Assembly (NCBI GenBank): GCA_004431415.1
Contig: QPMI01000170.1
Span: forward strand, 62,001 to 126,000
Origin: Cyanophora paradoxa CCMP329
Taxonomy: Eukaryota > Plantae > Glaucophyta
Length of the DNA stretch: 64,000 nucleotides
Reading direction: 5' to 3'
Position numbers and translations under genes: made by a program. This document shows, in pieces, positions 1 to 12,715 of the stretch (positions within the stretch are counted from its first letter, which is position 1; every line of letters starts with the position of its first letter). The notes under the pieces are model-generated. The model did not search any database. It worked only from the letters and a program-made list of their open reading frames with translations, and had not been told where the DNA came from.

Positions 1-3000
1 ACGGCGTGGCCCCGGCTCGTCGAGAAGATCTTGACGGGGACGGGCCCCGGGGGGTTCGCCGGCGTGGCGACCCGCACCCAGTCGTTGGTCTGCGCGTGCT
101 CGCCGCCCAGGATGGCGGCCTCGGCGTCCCCGAACCAGACCCTCACGACGTCCCGGTCCAGCCCGAGGTTGAAGACGTTGATCTGCACGAAGGTGCCCGC
201 GATGCTCCCGTCCCGCGGCCCGTTCGCGGGGGCGACCGACGCGATGGCCATCAGCGGGTTGTAGAGGTAGCCGCCGGCCAGCACCGACTCGCCGAAGAAG
301 CGGCTGAAGACGCGGACGTTCGTCCAGTCCTCGGACTCGCCCTGCTGCGTGTAGGCCCCCGCCTCGACGATGATCACCGTGTCGTTCTTCGAGACGATCC
401 GCGTCACGTTGACGCCCGAGAGCTGGACCTGCGGGCGCCGCGGTGGGCGCGGGGCGGCGCGGGGAGCGGGGCGGGGAGCGCGTCGCACCTGCGTGATGTC
501 CTCCCCGGAGACGTGGCCGAGGGCGGTGCCGCGGATGGTGACGACGTTGCCGCCCTCGCGGGGCCCGTGCCGGGGCGTCGCCGAGGCGACGACGCCGATC
601 TGGAGGAACGCCAGCTGCCGCACGAAGTGGTTGTCCGCGTGCACCAGCTGCGCCCCGCCGGCCTCGGGCGCGATCGCGACGGGCGGGGCCGGCGGGGGCG
701 GGGCGGGCGGACCATCTTGCCGTACATGCGGTCGAAGGCGGAGGAGATGCGGGCGGCGAGGAAGGCGCGCCAGGCAGGGTCGACGTGGCGCTCCTCCGTG
801 GAGGTCAGGTAGTCGGGGACGAGCACGTCCTTCATCACCGCCACCCCGCCCTTCTCCACCGAGACCAGCGCCGCGAGCGACGTCGCCCCGGCGGGGCGCA
901 CGGTGACGGAGAAGGTGCGGAAGAGGACCTTGTCCCGCAGCGAGGCGTCCGGCACGAGGGAGACCCAGCGACCGCGGAAGCGGAGGCCGACCGCCGGCGC
1001 GTACTCGGGCTCCAGCGAGCGGTTGTACATGAAGCCCGTCGAGAGGTGCGTCACGAGCACCAGCGCCAGCCCGTCGTTCGCGCCCAGCTCGCCCCGGAAG
1101 CCGGCCGCCGTCGCGTTCTCCGGGCGCGCCTGGGCGGGGTCCCCGAGGGAGAAGGAGAAGCCCTCGCCGCCCTCGATGTCCACGTTGGTGCGGCCGCCCG
1201 AGGGGAGGCGGCCGGCCTGGTTGCCGGACGCTTGGACGGGCCCCCCGCCGAGGAGGACCTCGAAGGATGCGCGGAAGAAGGAGGGCGGCGCCACGGTGAT
1301 GACGGCGGCGTTGGAGCCGTTGCGGATCTCCGCCACGTTCGTCAGCTCCAGCTGACGGTTCGCCAGCGCGCTGCGGCCGACCAGCTGCGGGCGAGGGGGT
1401 CAGAGGGCGTCGCTCCGAGCAGCGCTGCGTTCGGGGGCGAGGGGCAGGCCTGGAGGCTGTTGCTGATGACGCGCTCCACGGAGAAGTCCGTCATGACGAG
1501 CTGCATGGCGGTGGGCGGCGAGAGGGGAAGCGGGGGGAGGGGCGGGCGGGGCGGGGGTCACGATGTTGGGGTCGGGGGCGCCCTCCCAGGCGAGGGAGAA
1601 GCCCCAGGTGCCGGCGGCGACGGCGTCGGGGTCCACCGCGCTCACGTTCGTCGCGAAGGAGACGAAGATGGCGGTGCGGGCTATCAGGCGCGCCGGCACC
1701 CCGGGGCCCCGCGTCTCCAGGATGATCGCCGAGGAGGGGTCGCCCCCGTCGTGCACCCGCAGCAGGTCCGTCGCCGGGTTCAGCACCGTCCCCTCCAAGG
1801 AGACCAGGTTGGGCCCGATGCCCGGCTGGATCACCCAGTCACCTGCGGCGCGACGAGGGTCTGGCAGGGCACAAAGCCGGGACGCAAGCGCGCGCGCGCA
1901 CGGTAGCCTCCGGCGATGTCCGAGGGGGAGCGCAGGGCGATGCTCCCGCTCGCCTCGCTAAGGATCGAGCAGGCAGACCAAAAAATGCGGAAGCCGCGCT
2001 CCCGCTTCGCGCTCGTCTCGTACCCGTCCGAAGAAAAAACAACGAGGGCAGACGAGGCGTTGATGGAAAAGCCCGCCGGGATGGTAAAGCCGCCCGAGTA
2101 CGCCTGCGAGGGAAAAGGCGACGGCTCCGAGAAAACGACGGCGCCCGTGTCTCCGCTGAATATCTGCAGGCGGTCCCCGCTGAACGGCTGGATCGCTGCC
2201 GGCCCCCCGCCGTCAGAGCGCCGCGTGAAAGACACCACGATCAGAACAATGCAAGGGGCGCACCGAAGACTTCGAAGGAGATGCCGATGGGCCCTCCGCA
2301 GGCGGGCGCGATGGTCCACGTCAGCTCCTGGTTCTTCGGGTACAGCGTGTCGGTCACGCCGTCGGTCCCGTACGAGCAGTCCGTGAGCGGCCCCGCGCGG
2401 GCGCGGAGGAAGGGGCTGCAGCCCGGGTCCGCCGGCGGCCTGATGTCGCCGCCCCCGACGAAAGTGGAGGTGTAGCGGCAGTGAATGCCATTCTCGGTGA
2501 CACTCTCGTCGGGGATCAGCTGGACAGTCATCGAGCGGCCCGTGCTTTCGAACACGAGCGCGCTTGTTGACAAGTACCCCGATTGATCCGAGAGCAACTG
2601 CGCCGGCGAGTTCAGGCAGCGGGATTGCAGGAATGCGGTCGCAAAGGAGCGCACAACAGCAGCGGGGTCGGCCCCGGCGGCATCGTACACGCTGACGTAG
2701 TCATAGCCGTCCTCCGTGTAGAAGTACAGAAATTCTGAGGAGCGACTGAGAGGCGCTCGTGCACGCGCCGGGCCGTGCTTGGGGCGCACCCAGGCTGACG
2801 ATGTACCCGGCCGGGACGGTGACGATCCAGGTGTAGGTCTTCGAGCTTTCGTAGCTCCCGTCGCAGAGCCCGCCGCTGTACGTGCACGTTCCGAACTCGC
2901 CGGACAAGCCCGTCAGGACCTGCGTCCCTGCTCCGCGTTTCAGAGCGGCGGGCCAGAGCCAAGCGCGGTCTGCAGCGGCGGCACCGTCGGGCGGAGTGGA

Positions 3001-4855
3001 CCCGCCTCCTTCCGCGGCTTCGACTACGCGCCAGTCGACAACGTATCGGTCGAGGCGCTCCTCGGGCAGCCAGGGGGCGTCGTCGGGGTAGTTCCACCTG
3101 CGCGCGCCCCGGCGCTCGCCACCGCTGCCCCGCGAGACCGACCCGCCCGCGCGAGGGCTCGCTGCTCACATGTAGACGACGATGACGTTGCCGGGGGAGT
3201 TGAGCGTCGGCGTGACCGCCGTGTAGCGCGAGGATTCTCCGGGGCTGACCCAGTCGCCCCCGTAGTAGAAGTAATTGGACCTCGAGCACCCCGCGTGGAG
3301 ATAGTACTGCGCTGGAGTCGGCAGGGGGCGGCTCGGATGGGAGCTGAGCAGGGCGCACGTCCGGCCAGACGTAGAGCTCGGGGTTGTCGTTGTAGGAGGA
3401 GATGGTCACCTCGACGGGCCCCGCCGGCGCCGCAATCACGATCAGCTGCGCGCGACGCGGTCAGGGCGCGAGCGCAGGGGGGGCCGGCGGCGGGGCGGGG
3501 CGCACGGCGGCCTTGTCGTGCCCGGAGTCGGCGCTGGTGAGGGTGCAGGAGCCGCTGCGGGCGCCGACGGGCGCCGTGCAGTTGACGACGTTGACGATCT
3601 GGACGTAGCCGGCCTCCAGGTTGTAGTAGTCGTTGAAGTTGGACCAGAGGTTCAGGCAGTCGGGGTCCGGCGGGGGGTACCCCGGCATGCGCGGCGGCAG
3701 GGCGGGCGTTCCCGTCGGGCGCACGTTGGGGCAGGCCGGCGTGCCGGCCTCCGCCTCGAGCGCCGCCTGCGCGTCGGCCTCGGGCCCCCCGAAGTAGCGC
3801 AGCGCGAAGCCGCCCGGCTGGAACGCGAGCGTCGCCAGCGCCACGCTCAGCTCCGTCGCCAGCGGCTCGTGCACGAAGCACGGCGTGAGGCCCTCCCCGG
3901 ACAGCGGGCCGCGGATGTAGTGCGCTTGCAGCGGGCTGCCTTCCTCGTCCACACCCCCGAACGCGAGCTGCGCAGGAGCCGAGCCGTCGGGAGGGGGACG
4001 AGGGTGAAGGAGGAGGTGGGAGAGGGTGGGAGGGGAAGAGATGGGGGCGGGTTGGGCGCGGGGCGGGCGGGGCACCTCGAGGGAATCGGCGAAGGTGAGG
4101 TCGGCGTGCTCGACCCGCACGAGCACGCCCGCCCCCGAGGGACCCAGCGACCTCCGCAGCGCGTCAGCACGCCCGCCGGCCGAGCGCGGTGCCGGGCGCA
4201 CCAGGCGGCAGTCGAGAGGGCGGGGAGGCTCTCGCCCCGCCGCTCCAGCGTCCCCGAGTCGGCCGGCAGCACGCACGGCCCCGCGCAGAAGCCTGAGGCG
4301 GCGCCGCACGACCACGTGAAGCCCACGGTGTACAGCGTCGCGCCGTCGCCCGTCGCGTTCGATAGCCGGATCCGCACTGACGCCGCGCCGTCCGACCGGC
4401 CCGCAACGACCAGAAGCGGCAGGCGGACCGCCGCGGGCACACTCCTCATGAGGACCTCCGCCCCGTCAGCCGACAGCACGTCGTAGATCGAGAGGACGTG
4501 GCTCGACGAGAGCGCGAGCGTGCCGAAGCTGAGGGCGCACGGCCAGGCGGACGGGGTGATCGTCCTGCACGACCGCACAGCGCGCGGCGGCTCAGCTATT
4601 CGGTTTCCCACGCACCCTCGCCCGCACGCACCATGACACTGGCTCGGTCTCCGCAGCCTCAGCTGGATACTCGATCTGCGAGCCGCCCGCGTCTATGGGG
4701 CAATCGAACTCGGCAGCCGTCGTGCCAGCCGAGCTCAGCGCCGTACAGTCGCCGGAGGCTGTGGCGGACGCAGCAAGCTGCGCAGCGACAGCGCACAGCG
4801 TACAGAGCAGCAATAGTACATAGCCGAGCCGCCTGCAGCCGAGCACAGCGTACAT
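1..4855 (-). CDS. Large secreted or cell-surface protein with several CUB-like domains, a possible lectin-like region and IPT/TIG-like repeats (multi-exon, runs off the window start)
   Basis: Signal peptide MYAVLGCRRLGYVLLLLCTLCAVAAQLA at 4855. CUB-like exons FLYFYTEDGYDYVSVYD, STGRSMTVQLIPDESVTENG and LYPKNQELTWTI. IPT-like IASVAPANGP...VRVWFGDAEA...VRVATP near base 1. Confidence 0.7.
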
Positions 4856-5173
4856 ATTCTGTGGCTGAGCGCGCGGGCTGTGCTGGCCGTTCCGTGTCAA
4901 GGGCAACTCGCCCGCGGCATATGGGCATAGCCCGCTCGCACTGCAATTGAACAAACACGGCCTGTGACACGCCTTCTGGGCTGGCAAGCCGGGGTTTCGG
5001 CTGCCTAGCCCTGTGCCCTGTTTCGGCTAGCTGCTAGCTGGCTGGGGCGGCACGCTAACGTCGCGTGAAACGTGTACTCGCCCGAGGCTTCCTCCCCCTA
5101 CCCCTCCTTCAGCATCAGGCTGCCATCAGCTGGGCCCAGCGTAGGCGTGGTTTCGTAGCCTCGATCCCTGCGC

Positions 5174-5254
5174 GCCCAGCCTCGCGTTAGCTTCTCCCTT
5201 TACGCATTAGCCCAGCCTCGCGTTAGCTTCGAATTCTCCCCTTTTCGCATTAGC
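5174..5254. repeat. Short direct repeat (about 38 bp x2) in a divergent intergenic region
   Basis: cccagcctcgcgttagcttc..cgcattagc occurs twice. The second copy carries a 6-bp insertion giving ttc-gaa-ttc. Confidence 0.85.
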
Positions 5255-5293
5255 TGGACACCGTAGCCTCGATCCCTGCGTATTGCGCGGAGA

Positions 5294-6463
5294 ATGAAGA
5301 TTCTATGCTTGCACGGGCACATGCAAAGCGCAAGCAGCTTCCGGGGGCGCCTCGGGTTCATGCGGAAGGGAGCGCTCGCTAAGGTCCGGCGATTTTGCGC
5401 GACTCCGCCGTCGGCGCATGCTGAAAACGCTCGCGCGCCGCGCGCAGTGCGCAGAGCTCGTTTTCGTGGACGGCCCCCACCAGGTCCCTGCGGCGTGCAT
5501 AGATGAGGAGGAAGCGGACGGGCTCGCCGACGGTGGGCTCGAGCCGCCGATCTCGTCGCCTCCCGCTCACCGTCGCCTTCAGGTGCTGGCGGATCGCGTC
5601 TGACGTGGTGAGCGCTTCGCCCGCTCTCAGAGGCGGCGCCGCGCTCAGAGGGCGCATCAGGTTCAAATTCGATGCTGGTATGGCCCTGCTCTGCTGCTGC
5701 GCCCCTCTTCTCCGACTTGTTGGCGCGCGAGGCTGGCGCGAAACTGGCGCGGGCTTCGAAGAGACCGTCGCTACACTGGTGTGCCCCTCCCGCCACCGCT
5801 ACCCGGCCCCCCCTCCTCAGGCTCACTCCGAGGCCAGGAGGAGGTCGCCAAGCGGGAGGGGTGCGCCTCGCGCGCGCCTCCCCTCCCCCCGCCTGAGCTG
5901 CCCCACGCCAGGCCTTTCGACGGCCTCCTGGGCTTCTCGCTGGGCGCTGTCGTCGCATCAGTGGTCGCGTCGCCCGCCGTTCAGGAGCGGCATCCTTTGC
6001 TCCGGGTTCGTTTCGTCATCCTCTGCTCCGGGTTCGTCTTTCCATCCCGCGGCCCGCTGCCGGTCCCGTGACGGGGCTGCTCGTGCACCCCCCGCCTGCG
6101 CAGGTTCCGAGTGCGTCCATCTCAGAGTCTCGTGCCCGCCCACGTCGCCCGGGCGGCGCCGCGCTGACCCCGGGGCGGCGCGGCGGCAGTCGCCGGCGCA
6201 CGCGGAGCTGTACGCGGCGCCGAACGCGATGCCGAGCCTGCACCTGTGGGGCACGGCGGACCGCCACGTGGCCTGGCGGCGCAGCGAGGAGCTCTCCGCC
6301 GCCTTCGCCGACCCCGTCGTCGAGGTCCCCGCACGCGGCCCCCGCCACGCGCCGCCCCCGCCCACCCCCCGCCCCGCAGGTGAGCGAGGGCGGCGGGCAC
6401 GTGATCCCCAGCCAGAAGAAGGAGGCGATAGCGCGCTTCGTCCAGCGCTTCGCCGAGCGGTAG
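5294..6463 (+). CDS. FSH1/OVCA2-family serine hydrolase (multi-exon)
   Basis: MKILCLHGHMQSASSFRGRLG, ELVFVDGPH, FDGLLGFSLG (nucleophile elbow), PSLHLWGTADRHV and GGHVIP (catalytic His). Confidence 0.9.
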
Positions 6464-6674
6464 CACTCGTCGCCCGTGTTCAAAGGAAAAAAGGCGCCTC
6501 GAACACGAAGCCGGGCTGCCCCCTACGCCCTCCTCCCGAAGGGGGAAAAAGCGGGAAAAAACTGCACAGGGGGAAAAAGCGGGAAAAAACTGCCTCGTCT
6601 GAAAAAGTGTAGGTAGATAAAACTCAAGAATATGAAAGTTTCTGCAGCATTTAGAAGTGTATATAGTGGCGGAG

Positions 6675-8012
6675 TCAGTTGGGGCCGACACGGGGCTGCG
6701 GCCGCGTCTGAGGGTGTGGCTGCGCGGGAGGCACGGGGTACGGACCTTGAAGCCCTTGCCGGGGCGGTCGTTGGCGTGGCGGAGGCGGAGGCACTGCGGA
6801 GGCGGGGCGCGTGTGGGGGTCGGCGGGGCGCAGGGGCGGGGGGGCGGGGGGGAGGGGGGGGGGGGGAGGGGGGGGGCACCTCGCGGTCGAGGCGGAGGGC
6901 GACCTCCTTGTCGCGGATCTCCCGCTCCAGCTCCGAGCGCACCTTCAGCAGCCGCTCAATGTCCCCCTGGATCCGCCGCGCCGTCTCCGACAGGTTGTTC
7001 CTGCCCCCGCGCCCCCGCTGAGCGCCGCGTCGCCCCAGGGCCCGAGGGGGTGGCGCCGCCGCACTGCATCCGAAGAAGGCGCCCGTACTCCCCGTCCAGC
7101 CCCACGTCGACGTCGTCGAATCCAGTGACAGGTGCGTCGGGGCGGACGCTGCGGTGGTTGATGCACGTGTTTGTCACGGAAGTGGGGAGGTTCTTCTGGA
7201 TAATGGCGTCGTGCACGAGACGCTGCGCGGAAGGAATCAACGTTAAAGCGGCCCCGCTCTTGCCAGGGCGAGAAGGAACAAAAGAAGGGGAATTGAAGGA
7301 CCTTGGCGCGCTCCAGCCGGACGATCTCGGCGTTGAGGCGCACGAGTCTGTTGGTCAGCTCGGCCTTCGCGTTGCTGCGGTGCGCGGGTTAGAACGCGCG
7401 CAGTTCACACGCTTGCGCGAGGACGCACGCGGTCTCCTTGATCTTGAATTGCGAGGCGCGCGGTCTCCTTTATCAGAACAAAGGCTGAAGAAGAACTTAA
7501 GACTTGGGTTTACCTGATCCCTGAGCAGCTCGTTGTTCTGTACGTGCAGATTCACCATGCCGCGCTCCAGTTGCGAGACGAGGCGATCAGTCTGCGAGAC
7601 GAGTGGATCAGTCTAGAGAGGGACAACATGGGTCGACGGGGGAGCGTGGGTCAAGGGGGCTGCCCAAAATACTTCGGCAACCTAGCCGGCGCAGCGGCGC
7701 TCTAAAATCATGCACGCCATGCGCCCACCTGAGAGCGCAGGACGGCGCTGTCGGCTTCCACGGCCCGTGAGCGCTGCAAAGTCGCAGAGAGGATCTCGTG
7801 CTGTGAAGCACGGGCCGAAGCGCCCATCCTGGAAACGATGTCAGGGGAAAGCGCGCGTCTTTGAACAGCGCCTATGCCGGGCGCAGCGCTCGGCGGTTAG
7901 TTGACAGCACGAACGTCTTGGACAGAATGGAGCTGCCTTGCAGGGACAAGCCGGAGCTCGTCATCGGACGTGAGCTCGCAGTCGCCGGGCGCGCCGGGGA
8001 GCGGACAGCCAT
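6675..8012 (-). CDS. Tektin-like coiled-coil protein (short; start uncertain)
   Basis: Spliced IQKNLPTSVTNTCINHRSVRPDAPVTGFDDVDVGLDGEY...LEREIRDKEVALRLDRECLRLR resembles the tektin KxxPxxVxxxxxxxRxxRP...D and KxxxLxxDxxCxxxR motifs. Confidence 0.6.
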
Positions 8013-8370
8013 TGCTCTTAGCCAACTTGAGTTTGGGGAACCTGTGCGGCGGGGCGTCACGGGAAAGCGAGCGACATAGTAAGACTGTTATACAGAGCAG
8101 CTGGCGCTCACAGCGCAGGGCGGGCGCTCTTCGCGAGGTCGCAGACAATTCGGCGGTGTACCCCGTTGGTATTCCTTCCCCCTTTGCACCGATGTTCGTG
8201 GTGTCTGTTCCGGTCCTGCGGGCGCAGCAGGCGCCCGCCAACGCAGTCCAACACCAGACGCGCTGCCTCAAGCCCGGGCTGCCGGCGGCGATCCGCTCGT
8301 TCGCGGTGCGGCCGCTCCATCGCAAGCTGCGTACGTTCACTTCGCAGGCGTCTGCCCCCGAACATGCGCG

Positions 8371-9971
<1,601 letters not shown>

Positions 9972-10439
9972 CTCTACCCCCTAAGTATATCCTCCACTGC
10001 CCTTCGAGCCTCGGAGGCCCCCAGCGGCTACGTTTGTGTTGGCCCATGGCTGCCTTCTCCGGGATCCCCGTCGACGTCCTTCCCAACCCCGGCCCAGAGC
10101 CTGGGAGCTCCGAGGCTCCCGCAGGCGCTGTACAGCTCGCGATCATAATCATATGCGATTAGACACGTAGAATGTGAAACTGTCCATTACAAAGACTACC
10201 ACTTCATAGGGCCGTAGACCACGGATGCGCTGCTAGCTGGCCGCTAGCGAACATCACGCGTCACGGTCTAATGCACAACACTGCAGATCAAACTATGTTC
10301 TCATCTTTAAAATCAGGGCGAGCGTTTGTTAAATGATCTCGAATCGAAGCTGGGGGCGAAGCGTAATCCACTTCCAGGCCGAGGGTCAGCGGTCCGAGCA
10401 GGGGCATGGGAGCATGGAAGTCTATGGTACAGGGGAGGA

Positions 10440-12616
10440 TCAGGCGACGGGGAGCTTGGAGGCGGCGGCGGGCTGCGTGAGGAAGACGGAGATCTGCGGG
10501 GGCGGGGCGTGAGCACTCGCGGGGCGGCGGGGCGGCGGGGCGGGGCGGGGCGGGCCTGGATGCGGAGGTTGGCGAGGCGGGCGACGTGCAGGCACTCCTT
10601 GAGGTCCGAGTCGCGCACGAGCCCGACCAGGTCCCTGCCCCCGCCCTCAGCAGAGGGCGGGGCGGGGCGGGGCGGGGCGGGGGCACCCGTCGTCGTCCTT
10701 GTACTTGAGGGTGATGTCGCGCTCGGGGGGGATGACGTGGGAGAAGGCGGCGCGGACCTCCGAGTAGAGCGAGGCGCACGTCCCCGTCCCCGCGTCGAAC
10801 TTGAACCGCGCGATCTCCTCCCCGAAGATCGCCTTCATCGTGATCACCCCCTCCCCCGGCCCCGCCCCCGCCCCCGCCCCCGCCCCCCGCGGCCCCTTGT
10901 CGACAGGCACCGCCCCCGGGACGGGCGGAGAGGGTGCAGCGGGGAGGGCGCGCGGCGACGGCGTCGCGACCTGCATGACCCGCGGCGAGCCCGGGAGGAC
11001 GCCGGATTGGAGCGAGGGCGGCACCACGGGCGTCGCCCCCGCCGGCGGGTTGGGGCCCCCGACGCGGGGCCCCGGCCGCTGCCGCCGACGGACAACGGGC
11101 CGTCGCCGGCGGAGGAGGAGGAGACGGGGGCGGCGCCCGGGCCCGGGCGGTTGAAGCCGGCGGGGGGCGCCGGCTGGGCGGGGTGCAGAGAGGCGGCGGC
11201 ACTCCCGGAGGGGGCGGGCGTGGCGCCGGGGACGGGGCCGTTGGCGTGGGGGGGGACGGCGGGGACGGCGCCGGGTACGGGGATGGCGGACGCAGAAGGG
11301 GTGGGCGGGGAGGGGAGGTCGCCCTTGGCGCCGGGCCCGAACATGCCGGTGAAGAAGTTGCCGCCGTGCCAGGTGTGGCCGGCCGCCTCGACGCCCTCGC
11401 GGATCTGGGGCGTGAACATCGGCGACGCCGGCCACGCCGAGGAGCTCGCCTCGCTCCCCGTCTGCCCGGGGCTCTCCTGCTCGCCGCCCCCGCCCGTCCC
11501 GCCCGGCCCCGGCGAGGGGCCCTGGCCCGCCCCCCCCGGCCCGTGCTGCGAGTCGCCGGGCCCGCCGGGCGCGAAGAGGCTGCCGCCGTGCCAGGAGCGC
11601 GTGTTCTCGTGCACCGCCGCCGCCGCCGCCGCCGCCGCGGCGATGCTGGAGGGCGCCGTGCCCATCATCGCCTTCACGGCGGGGACGATCGAGGGGAGCG
11701 GTAGATCCGTCTGCACGAACGACTCCGGCACGCGCTGCTGGAGCAGCAGCGCGTCCCGCTCCCGCGACACATGCAGCATCTCCTCCGCGATGCGCCCCTG
11801 CTTCTCCGGCGGCATGTCCGCTACCATCCCCTTGAGGCGCTGGATCGAGCGGTTGACCTTGCGGATCTTGCGCGAGGGCCACCGGTCGATCCCGTACGAC
11901 CGGCAGATCTTCTTGAGCGTCTGCGCGCGGCGCGTCAGCAGCGGCAGGAGCGGGGCGCGGGGCGCGGGGGGGGGTGGCTCACCGTGGCGCAGACGCCCAT
12001 GTTCTTGGCGGCGACCATGAGGGGGCTCGTGAAGTGCTGCGCGAGCTCCTCGAAGCGCACCATCTTCTCCTTCGAGGCGAGCGCCGAGCGCGTCCCGTTG
12101 GCCGTCAGCGCGTTGATGAGGGCCACCTGCGAGAGGTACGCCGGCGCCTGCCCCGGCGTGCTCGCGCTCGTCTCGTCGCTGTCCGAGTCCCCCTCCTCGC
12201 CCTTGACCGCCGCCCCGCCCTCGGCGACGTGCACGCGCAGGTGCCCCGGGGGCGGCTGCTGCGGGGCGGAGGCGGCGCCCGAGGACATGGAGTGGGGCCG
12301 CTTGCCGGACATGGAGCCGCCGGCCTGGGCGGCGAGGCCGGGGGAGGCGGGGTTCGAGGAGTTGGCCTCGGGGAGGGAGGGGGAGTTGTGGTGAGACGAG
12401 GACGAGGGCGAGGTCGCGTCGTGGTGCTGGTGCGGGCCGCCCGCCCCCTGGCCCTGCCCCTGCAGGTACGCCGGGATCGCCGAGAAGGGCTGGCCCCCGC
12501 CCTCCATCGACTCGTGCGCGGGGACCGCCCCCGGCCGCGCTTGCCCCAGCTCCCCCGCGTTTCCGCTCGCTCTCCTCCCAAGATGCTGCTGCTGCTGCTG
12601 CTGCTGCTGCTGATGG

Positions 12617-12715
<99 letters not shown>

